From positions 1,440,001 to 1,504,000 of the forward strand of contig CAWCDG010000004.1 of the NCBI GenBank assembly GCA_963794325.1: a stretch of 64,000 bases of DNA, given 5' to 3'. The translations under genes were made by a program, and so were the position numbers. Of this stretch, positions 19,370 to 29,800 are shown one piece after another (position 1 is the stretch's first letter; each line of letters begins with the position of its first letter). The notes under the pieces were generated by a model that saw nothing but the letters and a program-made list of their open reading frames with translations, was not told the origin of the DNA and ran no database searches. This stretch comes from an uncultured delta proteobacterium. Lineage in GTDB: Bacteria > Desulfobacterota > Binatia > Binatales > Binataceae.

Positions 19370-20071
19370 CTACGGCTTGACGACCTCGCCGCGATGATCC
19401 TTGTACATCCGGTCGCGCCAGGCGAACACCTCGGCAAACGTTGGATCGTCGCCGAGCTTGTCGAGGTAGACGAACCGCAGTTCCGGCGTAAGGACGAAAA
19501 ACTCCTGCGGAGCCGCCTTGAAAAGCATCAACATCGCCGCGGTGGTTATGTCGGCGCGAGTGAATGTATTACCGACCAGGTATTCGCGTCCGCTCAGGGT
19601 ATCCTTAAGACTCGTCAGGATCCTCGTGACCGTGAGCCTGCTCTGCTCTTCCTCGAATGGTGAGTATCCATACTTTTCCGCGAAGTACTTTCCGCTCTTT
19701 TGTGCTTCAGGGTCATCGATGCGGAGCAGGCGTCCGGTGATCATCACGCGGCCATGAGGCCCCAGCGCGTTAAGCGCGACCTCTTCCCATAGCGTCGCCG
19801 TCGCGCGATCTTTCGCGGATTTGGGCAACAGCGCCGGCTCCGGTCGCGTTCCTTCGAGCCAGTCCAAAATCGCGCTCGAATCCGGAATCACCTTACCGTC
19901 GGTGACCAACACCGGCACCATGGTTTGGCCGGTCAATTTTTTAATTTTTTCTTCATCGACTCCCGGTTCGTAGTTTTCCTTCTCGTACGCCAGGCCTTTG
20001 AACTTCAACGCCCAACGGACGCGCTCGGACCAGGGCGACCCGTACATTGTGATTAGCTTCGGCGTGCTCAT
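19370..20071 (-). CDS. Glutathione S-transferase family protein
   Basis: SPWSERVRWAL, VPVL, DSSAIL, YLVGNTFTRADIT; RBS AGGGGA before ATG 20071. Confidence 0.88.
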   Translation of the reverse strand: MSTPKLITMYGSPWSERVRWALKFKGLAYEKENYEPGVDEEKIKKLTGQTMVPVLVTDGKVIPDSSAILDWLEGTRPEPALLPKSAKDRATATLWEEVALNALGPHGRVMITGRLLRIDDPEAQKSGKYFAEKYGYSPFEEEQSRLTVTRILTSLKDTLSGREYLVGNTFTRADITTAAMLMLFKAAPQEFFVLTPELRFVYLDKLGDDPTFAEVFAWRDRMYKDHRGEVVKP

Positions 20072-20254
20072 GAGCAGTCCCCTTTGAGTTTGGTCAGCAA
20101 TGAAACTTTGACTTGCTGTTGGAGAGCATACCGCGTCGTGGACCGTGGCCCTAACAGGCGGAGCGATTTTAGCGCTTCGGAGCGGCTCTTCGGAAGCGCG
20201 GAAGATTGGGAGCATCCGCGAGCGTAGCGCTGCACGCAGATGCTCCCTGGCGAA

Positions 20255-20794
20255 TCACTTCACGTCTACTTCCATGCGCATCCAAGGATGGAGGCAGCAC
20301 TGGAACAGATGTTTTCCCTTTGACAGGCCAGTGATATCGAGATGGCTGCCCTGAAGAATTCGGGTCTTGGCCACCGCGACGCTGCCAAAGCCGCCACTGC
20401 ATTCCGGAATGACGGTCGTCGCGGCGCCGGGGTTAAGCGGCGGCACGAATCCGTTACCGAATGCCTTCACCTCGGTAAAGGTGTGAACCTCACCGCCTTG
20501 GTTGACTACGGAAACGACGGTGCCCTTATTGATCGTTAGCGTATCGGGTTCGTAATCCCAGCCCGGATCGGGGGTTCCAGCCTCCGCCCCTGCAACTAGA
20601 TTGCCCAGCATGGTGCTGAATCCAGACGCAATGTTCTTGCATTCGTCAGCGCCCAGTGCAGCGTTGAACGTGGCCGGATCGCATTCGTCCAATGCCACAA
20701 CCTGGGCGAGCCCGGGCGGCTGCGCACTCGCGTGTCTCGCGCTGGCTAGAATCACGCACCCAGCCAGCAGACTTAGTATCGTTATCTTTTTCAT
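20255..20794 (-). CDS. Secreted cupredoxin-like copper protein (copy 1)
   Basis: Signal peptide; HTFT plus C-x-x-H-x-x-M (CCLHPWM) type-1 copper ligand set; RBS AAGGAGG. Confidence 0.78.
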   Translation of the reverse strand: MKKITILSLLAGCVILASARHASAQPPGLAQVVALDECDPATFNAALGADECKNIASGFSTMLGNLVAGAEAGTPDPGWDYEPDTLTINKGTVVSVVNQGGEVHTFTEVKAFGNGFVPPLNPGAATTVIPECSGGFGSVAVAKTRILQGSHLDITGLSKGKHLFQCCLHPWMRMEVDVK

Positions 20795-20878
20795 TCCTGC
20801 TTCCTCCTTTTGAAGCGAATCATTGGTTATCGGCGCCCATCTTCAGGCATCCTGAGTCGCTAGCCAATGGACCGAGGC

Positions 20879-20915
20879 TGAACTTCTCCTGAACTCTCGC
20901 TGAACTCGCTGACAC
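20879..20915. promoter_or_regulatory. TGAACT direct-repeat array, putative winged-helix operator
   Basis: TGAACT at 20879, 20890, 20901 and TGACAC at 20910; conserved upstream of the second cupredoxin copy. Confidence 0.55.
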
Positions 20916-20968
20916 GTCGCGGCTATGCGCTTGCCCGCGAACGCGAGTAGAATCGGCGACCGGAACCA

Positions 20969-23878
20969 ATGCCCGAAGATCTCGTCCAGTTTGAGGATTT
21001 TGTACTGAACCGCGGCGCCTATGAGCTGCGCCGGGGTGATGTCGTCGTTCCGCTCCAACGGATTCCGCTCGAGCTGCTATGCCTGCTGGTCGAACGCCGC
21101 GGACAGCTGGTTACGCGCGAGGAAATTCTCGAGCGCGTCTGGGGCAAGGGCGTCTTCGTCGATAGCGAGAACAGCATCAACACCGCGGTACGGAAAGTCC
21201 GGCGGGCGTTGAGCGACGATCCCGACGCCCCGCGCTTCGTCGTTACGGTGCCAGCCCGGGGTTATCGATTCGTCGCGGAGCTTCGCGCACCGAAGATAAG
21301 TAGAGCCGATCAATTTCGAGCTCGGCCGCCCAGTACGATGGTGGGACGTGAGCGCGAGCTGTCTTCGTTGCTGAATAGGCTCGACGATGCGGCTGCCCGG
21401 CGGGGGCGCCTGGTCCTGATTTCGGGTGAACCCGGGGTCGGCAAGACACGGATGGCGGACGAGGTTGCGGCCGCGGCTGACGCAAAGCGAATGGCGATAC
21501 TGGTCGGACATTGCTCCGAGCACGACGAAGCCGTCGCGTATCTGCCGTTCGTGGAAATCCTGGAAGACTTTATCGATCGCGAATCAAACCCGGATGTGCT
21601 TCGCGCTGCTCTTGGCGAGCAGGCACCGGAGCTGGCGCGCTTGATCCCAAAACTCAAGAACATCCTGCCCGAGCTTCCGCCGCCGCTCGATTTGCCGCCG
21701 ACTCAGGCGCGGCGCCATTTGTTCAATTGCTTTTTCGACTTCGTTGCCCGAATCGCTTCACAACGACCGACGTTGATGATCCTCGAAGACCTTCACTGGG
21801 CCGACGATTCGACGCTGTCGCTGCTCGACCATCTGACGCAGCGGCTGGCCGATCTGCCTCTGATTATCATCGGAACCTATCGCGACGCCGAGGTCAATGT
21901 CACTCACGAGCTGGCAAAGACGCTGGAAGATCTACTCCGGGGGCGGTTTGCAACTCGCATCAGGCTCAAAGGCCTGCCACGCGATGCAGTGGCGGCGATG
22001 CTGAACAGTCTGAGCGGAAAATCGCCGCCCGCCTCCGTGGTTGGCGAGATTTTCGCCGAGACTGAAGGCAATCCTTTCTTCGTCGAGGAACTGTTCCGCC
22101 ATCTCGAGGAGGAGAATCGGCTGTACGATTCGGCGGGACGGTTTCGCTCCACGCTCGAGATTGGAGAACTGGACGCGCCGCCAACTGTGCGGCTGGTCGT
22201 CGGGCGGCGGCTGGCGCGGCTCAGCGACCTGACACAGAAGATGCTCGCGACGGCGGCGGTGATCGGACGCTTATTCAGTTTCGAAATTCTTCATGCTTCG
22301 ATCGAAGCCGATGCGGATTCGACGCTGAAGCGCGTCGAGGAAGCCGAAAAGGCCGGCCTGGTTTTCTCCTTCGCCGACAGTCCAAAGGCGCGGTTTGAGT
22401 TCTCCCACGAGCTTATTCGCCAATCCGTCCTCGCCGGCTTGTCGGCGGCGCGACGCCAGCGGCTGCATCTCGAGGTGGCCGAAGGGATCGAGCGAACCTG
22501 TGCCGCTGGGTCGGGATCCACATTTGCCGGCAGCCTCGACGACCACATCACTGAACTGGCGCATCACTACGCGCATAGCGCCAACACCTCGCAGGCGGTG
22601 AAATATCTCCATCTGGCGGGCGAGCTGGCGGCGGCGTGCGGCGCGATGGTCGAGGCGGAGCGTCACTACATGACCGCGCTCAAGCTGCTTGACGAATTGC
22701 CCGAAACGCCGGAACGGGATCGGCGCGAACTTGCCTTGCAGAGCCTGCTCGGTTCGGCCGTTGCAGCCGTTAAGGGAATTGGCGCGCATGAAAGAGAGCG
22801 CAGCCTCTTGCGGGCTCGCGATCTGTCACAACGCCTCGGAGAGCAGTCTCACGTGTTCCCAGTGCTCTGGCAGCTCTTCCATTTCCATGCACAGCGCGGT
22901 GAACTGCGAACCGCTCGGAAATACGCTGAACAAGCATTGGCAGTGGCCGAGAGTCAGTGCGACGTGGTGATGCTCGCGGGTGCCCGAACCGCCCTCGGCG
23001 TCTGTCTCTTTTACATCGGCGACTTTGCTGCCTGCCGAATGCAGTTCGAGCTCGCGCTCGCACAGGACATACCTTTGCAGAAACGCTGGTATCTCGACGA
23101 ACGCGGGTTCGACACGCTGGCAGGAGCGCTAAGCGCGCTCGCTGAGGGAATTCTGGGTTATCCGGACCGATGCTGCGTGGGACTTGGCGACGTTGTGAAG
23201 CGCGCGCGGACGCAGTCGAGCCTCCCTGACCTGGCGTTCGCGTTGGTAACTTGTGGCCGGGGGCATCTTCTGGCCGGTAGTCCAAGCAGCGCCCAATCTT
23301 TGGCGGAAGAAGCGATCACGCTGTCCGAGAGCCACGGGCTCGTCGAACGCGCTGCATTGGGTAAATATGTTCGAGGGGTCGCTCTCACCAGGCAAGGAGA
23401 GCTCAAGGAGGGTATCGCCTGCATTCTCCAGGGACTCTCGGACTATAGCGCGACCGGTGGCAGGCTCGGTCAGTCAGAGTTCTACAGCGCGCTTGCCGCA
23501 GCTTTCGGCAAGGCAGGTCGAACCCAAGAGGGTTTGGAAGCGGTGGACCTCGGACTGGCGATGGGCCGCGATGGTGGCGAGAGTTACTATCGAGGCGAAC
23601 TCTATCGCATAAGAGGCGAACTGATTCAGCTCGATGATCCGGCCCATCCTGACGAGGTCGAGCGATTGTTTCGCACGGCGATCGATGATGCGTCCAGCCG
23701 GCAAGCCCGTTCATTTGAACTGCGCGCCACGACCAGCCTCGCGCGATTGCTCGCCAAGCAAGGTCATCGCGACAAAGCGCGCACGATGCTTGCCGAAATT
23801 TACAACTGGGTCACCGAGGGCTTCGATACCCCCGATCTGAAGGATGCCAAGACCCTGCTCGACGAGCTTAGCGAATAG
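20969..23878 (+). CDS. OmpR/CadC-type winged-helix + AAA-ATPase + TPR transcriptional regulator
   Basis: LLVERRGQLVTREEILERVW...INTAVRKVRRAL...TVPARGYRF; GEPGVGKT; EDLHWAD; ELRATTSLARLL. Confidence 0.9.
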   Translation: MPEDLVQFEDFVLNRGAYELRRGDVVVPLQRIPLELLCLLVERRGQLVTREEILERVWGKGVFVDSENSINTAVRKVRRALSDDPDAPRFVVTVPARGYRFVAELRAPKISRADQFRARPPSTMVGRERELSSLLNRLDDAAARRGRLVLISGEPGVGKTRMADEVAAAADAKRMAILVGHCSEHDEAVAYLPFVEILEDFIDRESNPDVLRAALGEQAPELARLIPKLKNILPELPPPLDLPPTQARRHLFNCFFDFVARIASQRPTLMILEDLHWADDSTLSLLDHLTQRLADLPLIIIGTYRDAEVNVTHELAKTLEDLLRGRFATRIRLKGLPRDAVAAMLNSLSGKSPPASVVGEIFAETEGNPFFVEELFRHLEEENRLYDSAGRFRSTLEIGELDAPPTVRLVVGRRLARLSDLTQKMLATAAVIGRLFSFEILHASIEADADSTLKRVEEAEKAGLVFSFADSPKARFEFSHELIRQSVLAGLSAARRQRLHLEVAEGIERTCAAGSGSTFAGSLDDHITELAHHYAHSANTSQAVKYLHLAGELAAACGAMVEAERHYMTALKLLDELPETPERDRRELALQSLLGSAVAAVKGIGAHERERSLLRARDLSQRLGEQSHVFPVLWQLFHFHAQRGELRTARKYAEQALAVAESQCDVVMLAGARTALGVCLFYIGDFAACRMQFELALAQDIPLQKRWYLDERGFDTLAGALSALAEGILGYPDRCCVGLGDVVKRARTQSSLPDLAFALVTCGRGHLLAGSPSSAQSLAEEAITLSESHGLVERAALGKYVRGVALTRQGELKEGIACILQGLSDYSATGGRLGQSEFYSALAAAFGKAGRTQEGLEAVDLGLAMGRDGGESYYRGELYRIRGELIQLDDPAHPDEVERLFRTAIDDASSRQARSFELRATTSLARLLAKQGHRDKARTMLAEIYNWVTEGFDTPDLKDAKTLLDELSE

Positions 23879-23989
23879 TGCCCTAGCTGCGCTGCGACGT
23901 AAACGAAATCGCGGCAACGCGCCAGGAGCGTGGAAACGTAACTGTGCCTCGCATCGTAAAGGGAAAACCTGTTGAGTCTGTTTGATTTC

Positions 23990-24065
23990 TGGAGCCACCC
24001 GCCGGATTCGAACCGGCGACCTGCTGATTACGAATCAGCTGCTCTACCAACTGAGCTAGGGTGGC
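23990..24065 (-). tRNA. tRNA-Thr(CGT)
   Basis: 76 nt GCCACCCTAGCTCAGTTGGTAGAGCAGCTGATTCGTAATCAGCAGGTCGCCGGTTCGAATCCGGCGGGTGGCTCCA; cloverleaf, anticodon loop TTCGTAA, T-loop TTCGAAT, encoded CCA. Confidence 0.97.
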
Positions 24066-25144
24066 TCTCCATCGGAAAACTTCATCGACGGGATTAGCAG
24101 ACTAGCGAAGCGGGCGCTGCCGAGAAAGACTCTCGTCGAGACTGGGTCGTTTCGCCGGCCGTCGATTCTGAACATGTGCGCGACACTCGCTAGCTCGAGT
24201 CGCACTGCGGGGATCACTTCTTCTGCGAAGCGCTGAACTTCGTCCGGATAGAACGGCCGCGGCAGCGTGAAGATGAAGTGCGTCACTCCCACCTTCATGT
24301 AGCGGTCGATCGTCTCGAGGCATTCCTCGCGAGAGCCGATCATCATCTGGCGACGCGCCTGTTCTGCCGTCGCGCCCGAGATTGCGATGGTACGGCTGAG
24401 CGCAGCCTGTTCGCGGTCTGCGGACGCCCGGTAAGTGAGCCCCATCATGATCGTTTTCTCGATCTGATCGGTGTCGCGGCCCACTGTATCGCCATGGCGC
24501 TCGATCACCTTCAACAAATCGGCATATCGCTCCGCGCTCGCATTCGGGACGTTCCACATGTCAGCGTGTTTCGCGACGATCTTCAGCAGCACTTTCTGGC
24601 CCTGGCCTCCGATCATTATCGGTGGATGCGGCTTCTGGAGCGGCTTGGGGTTACAGACCGCGTCGGTCACATTGTAATGACGGCCGTGCAGCGTCATTTT
24701 TTCCTGCTCGAACATCCCCTTGATGATCTGCAGTGATTCGTCGAGCGCCTGCAGTCGTCCTGGGATCGTCTTGAAGTCGATCCCGAAACTGCGATGCTCC
24801 AGCTCGAACCATCCGGCGCCGAGACCCAGGTTCAGCCGGCCGTCGCTGACGTGATCGAGCGTCGCGGCCATCTTCGCCGTGACGCACGGATTGCGATAGG
24901 TGTTGCCGTTCACCATCGCGCCGATGCGCGCGCGTTTGGTCTGCTGGCTGAGCGCGGTGAGCGTGGTCCATCCTTCGAGGCACGGGCCGGCCGGGTCTGG
25001 AACGAAGATTGGATAGAAATGATCGAAGGTCCAGAGCGAGTCGAAGCCCCAATTGTCGGCGTTGCGCCACAGGTCTTTCAGCTCGTTCCATCCGACGAGT
25101 TGCTGGCCGGTTTGAAGTCCGAATCGAATTGGATGCTTGGGCAT
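24056..25144 (-). CDS. LLM-class (probably F420-dependent) oxidoreductase; true stop probably near 24190
   Basis: GFDSLWTFDHFYP, LEGWTTL, YRNP..AKMAATLDHVSDGRL, PPIMIGG; family-like sequence ends at RFAEEVIPAVR and the ORF tail overlaps the tRNA. Confidence 0.88.
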   Translation of the reverse strand: MPKHPIRFGLQTGQQLVGWNELKDLWRNADNWGFDSLWTFDHFYPIFVPDPAGPCLEGWTTLTALSQQTKRARIGAMVNGNTYRNPCVTAKMAATLDHVSDGRLNLGLGAGWFELEHRSFGIDFKTIPGRLQALDESLQIIKGMFEQEKMTLHGRHYNVTDAVCNPKPLQKPHPPIMIGGQGQKVLLKIVAKHADMWNVPNASAERYADLLKVIERHGDTVGRDTDQIEKTIMMGLTYRASADREQAALSRTIAISGATAEQARRQMMIGSREECLETIDRYMKVGVTHFIFTLPRPFYPDEVQRFAEEVIPAVRLELASVAHMFRIDGRRNDPVSTRVFLGSARFASLLIPSMKFSDGEPP

Positions 25145-25162
25145 GGCGAGTCTCCTTGACGA

Positions 25163-26443
25163 TTACGGTGCGAAACGAGCGCAGGTCCAGTCGGTCAGGA
25201 CTTTCATCAGGCGCGGACGTGGATCGCCGAGATGCGCCTTGATGCCGCCGGCGCGCATGAAGTGATCCGCGCCTTCGATGAAGGCGAGAGTCTTGTCGCT
25301 CGCGCCCGACGCTTCGAATTCGCCGTGCACATCGGAAATGAAAATGTCCTGGTCGCCGTTCGCGCCTACCACCAAAGTCGGCACGCTGACCTTGGGGAGA
25401 TTCGACGCCATCTTGGCGAACGATGAGAGGCCGGACCAGGTCGATAGCCACGCGTCCGGGGTTACGATGCGGCCGAGGCCGAACGGCGTGTAGTTCGCGA
25501 AATCGGGCCGCACTGAGATAATCGATCCGACCGCGCGTTCCGACGGATCGATCGACAGATCGAGATAGTTGAGGTTCGCCTGGGTGCGGTAAACGATCAT
25601 GTACGCCGGCCCCATCGCGCGGCGCGCAGCATAGTTGCGATGGTCGGCGCTAGATGCGGCGAAGTCGGGCGCGCGCATCGCAGCGCGGCCGTGGATCGCC
25701 TCGGTAATATGACGCCGCGCGATCGCGTCGATCCGCGCACATCGCGCGACTTGCGCGGCGCGGTATCGCGGGACGAAATCCTTGAGGTAGCGGCTCTCGG
25801 CGGGCGGCGTCTTGAAGCCGTTGCGCTCGTCGTACATATCCAGCACGGGATCGCTCGCGAGCGGATCGGATTCATCGACCACCGCGGCATCGAGGCACGA
25901 CATCAGCACCATCCCCTGTCCCGGATGTGCGGCAAGCGCGATATAGCCATCGGCAGCCGGGAGATCGAACTTGTTCAGATCCGGTGGACCGCCGCCGGGC
26001 GGTGCTGTCACGCGACTTCCGGCGGGCGTGCGCGCTTGCGAGTCATAGTAAGCGAACAGCGAGCCACCGCCGGAATTTCCGAGCATCACGATTTTCTCGA
26101 AGCCTTCCTCCTCGCGCAGGAATCGAATTCCCGCCGCGAGATCGAGCAGGAGATTTTCATGGAGCATCATCGCGTCGTTGTTCAGATAGCGCGTGTTGAA
26201 ACCGAACGCCGCGAAGCCTGCCTCGACCCAGAACGGAATCGAATAGTGTGTGCTGAAGTCGGCGCGCGGATGCGCCATGAACACGACGGTGCGCGGCTTG
26301 CCCGTGGCCGGCATATAGAGGATGCCGCGCGACTTGCCGAAGTCGGCAGCATAGAGCTGCACGGGTCGTTGGCGAATCGACGGGTCGATATCGCCGAAAT
26401 CGATCGGATAGCGGGCTTGGTAATCGGCTGGCGCTTTGGGCAT
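25163..26443 (-). CDS. Alpha/beta-fold hydrolase
   Basis: Nucleophile elbow GNSGGG, GDQD acid region, EGADH catalytic His. Confidence 0.8.
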   Translation of the reverse strand: MPKAPADYQARYPIDFGDIDPSIRQRPVQLYAADFGKSRGILYMPATGKPRTVVFMAHPRADFSTHYSIPFWVEAGFAAFGFNTRYLNNDAMMLHENLLLDLAAGIRFLREEEGFEKIVMLGNSGGGSLFAYYDSQARTPAGSRVTAPPGGGPPDLNKFDLPAADGYIALAAHPGQGMVLMSCLDAAVVDESDPLASDPVLDMYDERNGFKTPPAESRYLKDFVPRYRAAQVARCARIDAIARRHITEAIHGRAAMRAPDFAASSADHRNYAARRAMGPAYMIVYRTQANLNYLDLSIDPSERAVGSIISVRPDFANYTPFGLGRIVTPDAWLSTWSGLSSFAKMASNLPKVSVPTLVVGANGDQDIFISDVHGEFEASGASDKTLAFIEGADHFMRAGGIKAHLGDPRPRLMKVLTDWTCARFAP

Positions 26444-26859
26444 ATGTGGATCTCGCGCACTTATGCACGAACGTCAAGAATCACGCTCAAACTCTCGTAA
26501 TGTTCCGCGGCGTACCGTTTCTGTTGATAGAAATCAGCGCGAATGACTTCGCGTTTGTGATCTTTTCTACGTTTCAATTCGCCAATCCACGCTACAACAG
26601 GAATTCTTGTGTTTGATGATTTTTCTTTCACTCCTACAAAACGTCAGAAAATTTGACTTAGTCCGGATCGGGGGTGAGTGTTGGCTGCGAAGCGAATGAT
26701 CGTTGCCGAGCATCGGCGAACGCTGACGTGAGCCGCGTCAGTAACTGACACTCAACGATCGTTCGCGACAGTACGCAGTGGTTTCGAAGATCGGTTGGCG
26801 CGACGAATCGCGCTGCCGATGCCGAAGTAAATGCTTGCCTTGGTTTTTGGGAGGGGATC

Positions 26860-29800
26860 ATGAGATTTCAATTCGCATCGCTGGCCAATGGGTTCCGGCA
26901 CCGCGCAGTCGTCTTCGCCGCAGTGCTGGTCATAGTTCCATCACTGTTGATGAGCGCATCGTTCTCGCAGGACGGCCCCGGAGCCGTAAAAGTAGCGAAG
27001 CATATACCGAGCGACGCCACCGCGCTTGCCCGGATCATGAGCGCCCAACGCGCGTCAGGAGGTCCGATTCCTCCCGATGCCTATCAGAACGCAATGAAGG
27101 AGTGGGCCGCGATTTCGACCGGATCGCCGGTGACGACTCTCTCATCGACGAAATCGAAGGCGCTGGCGAGCAGCGTCACTGGACTGGTCTGGAAGCCGAT
27201 CGGACCCAGTGGAATCACAGCAGGGACATCGACCTGGAATGGGCGCATCGACTCGATTGCGATCAATCCCAACAACCCGAACGTGATTTACATTGGTGCG
27301 ACTGACGGCGGCATTTGGAAAACGATCGACGCCGGCGTCAACTGGACACCGTTGACCGACCACCAGCCGATGCTCGCGATCGGCGAGCCGGGCGCGATCG
27401 CAATCGATCCGAACAACACCAATACTCTTTACGTTGGTACCTCTTCTTTCCTGAAGGTCACCGGCGCTCAGGGGACGCAACTCAACACGACGATAGGCGT
27501 TCTGAAGTCCACCGATGGCGGCGCAAGCTGGATCATCCTCGGCTCCGGATTTCCGGCCGGAAATAACGGTAACGCGAATCAATTCGTAAACCAGAGCATC
27601 TTTGGGATCGCGGTGGATCCCGCCGACAGCAACGACCTCTACCTTGCCGCGAGCACCGGCCTGTTTTTCTCGACCGATGCGGGACAGAACTGGACGCTCG
27701 GAACCGGCGGTGGCGGCGGCCAGGCCGACTCGTTGGGCTTCGATGCGTCCTCGCCGGTGGGCAATCGCACGCTCTTCGCCGGAATCAACGGCGTCGGCAT
27801 CAAGCGATCGATCGACGGCGGAAATAACTGGATCCAGGTGCTCAACAGCACGACGCCTGCCGTCGCGGCGCAGTTGACGGCTCACAGCACGATTAGCAGC
27901 AACGCGACGATCGGTAAGGTTGCGATTTCACTTGCTCCTTCAGTCGGCAACGCGGCCGGAGTGCAGGTGATCTACGCAACGATCGAGGGCCGGAACGGAG
28001 ACTTCGTACCCACCCCTTACACCGGCATCCTGGGAATTTTCGAGAGCCAGGATCAGGGAGTGACCTGGACCTTCCAGAGCGCCCCGGTCGCCCTCCAGTG
28101 CCAATGCTTCTACACCAACACGATCGCTGTTGATCCGGGATCGCCGGGCGACGGCGTCAACGACATCGTTTATTGGGGCGGCACTGACACTTTCAGGTCC
28201 GCCAACTCGGGGGTGAATTTCACCGACGTGACTCACGGTATCCACGCTGACAGTCATTCGTGGGGATTCGCGCCGGGCACGCCGACAATCGTTTACGCCG
28301 GCAACGACGGTGGCATCTGGAGGACCAAAGACTCGGGCGCGACCTGGACGGGGACCGGCGCCGGACCCGCAACGATCAACGCGGGCGGTCTGCAGACGGG
28401 CCTGCTCTATCACATGGATATCAAGCGCAACGCGACCGCCGATGTCACACTCGGCGCGTTCCAGGACAACGGCGACAACAAATGGACCGGCGCTCCCGGA
28501 TGGCTCAACACCCTGGGCGGTGATGGTCTCAACGTGATCTTCGACCAGCAAATGGTGGCAGACGCGTATGCGATCAACAACGGAGGGCCGAATATATCGA
28601 CTGATAGCGGCAGCACCTGGGCCGATATCACCAATAATATCCCGCACGCTGATCAACAGGTGCAGATTTTCCAGAATGCGATCAGCGTCGATCCCAACAA
28701 CGCCGGCTTCCTGTATTTCAGCGGCGCGGCGAATCCGCAAAACCCGGGTCCGGCCACCGTTCCCGGCCAGTTGTTCCAGAGCAAAAACTTTGGAGCTTCG
28801 TGGACAGCGATAACCACCTTCTCGGCGGTTACGAATGTCGGTCCTTCTGCGGTCGCGCCTGCTAATTCCAACAACCTGGCGGTCATCGACGGCAATACGC
28901 TCTACATCACGCCCAACGCATTGGCAGCGACACCTAGCTTCACGCAGATTCCGGGCACGCCTTCTCGAGGGATAACTCGGATGGCGTTCGATCCGAACGA
29001 TCCGACGGTTCTGTATTTCGTGACGTCGGGGTTTTCCGGATTCCCCGGCGGCCACGTATTCAAGGTCAAGTTTTCCGTCGTCGCCGGTCCGATGGTTCTG
29101 CCCGGCTCGGTTGTCGACGTGTCACCTCCGATCGACGTTCCGTTCGACGGACTCGCGCTTGACGGCGGCACCACCCCAACCACCATCTACGCCGGCAGCG
29201 ACCTCGGCGTATTGCGCTCGGTTGACGGCGGCGTGACCTGGACGACGCTCGACGCGCTGCACTTCCCCAACGCGATAGTCTCCGACCTGCAGATCAACCC
29301 AACCGCCGGAGTGCTACGCGCCTCCACCTATGGACGCGGCGTTTTTGAATTTGCCCCCGCCACCGGACCGGTGATCGCGGTCAATCCTGAGAACAACCTG
29401 GAGTTCGGACCGACTTGCGCGGGAAGTACGGTCTCGTTGAACCTCGAGGTCTTCAACGTCGGCACCACCAACCTGATAATCAACAGTGTGATTCGGCTCG
29501 CGGGTTCCACCGACTTCACTGTGGCGCCGAATCCGATGACCCCGCTCACGATTAGTCCCGACGCTCATGTTGATTTCACGATTCAGTTCAAGCCGACGAT
29601 CCTGGGACCGCAATCGGCGACGATCGCAATCAACAGCAACGATCCGGGATCGCCCCAGACTGTTCTGACTGCGACCGGCAGCGAAGGCAGCGGGACAGTC
29701 ACACTAACCGGCAGCGGCGCTTTCGGCAGTACCATATGTGCCGGCCCCAATCGGCCCACTCAAACCATCAAGGTGGACAACGTCGGTACGTGCGATCTGC

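Larger units (their letters stand above)
15017..24038. mobile_element. Genomic island integrated at tRNA-Thr; no integrase remaining
   Basis: Bounded by the intact tRNA and a direct repeat of its 3' end; five cargo genes. Confidence 0.7.

Noticed and set aside
24056-24190. Genuine C-terminal extension of the LLM enzyme
   Set aside because: The tail is not family-like and overlaps the tRNA 5' end; a lost stop codon is more likely
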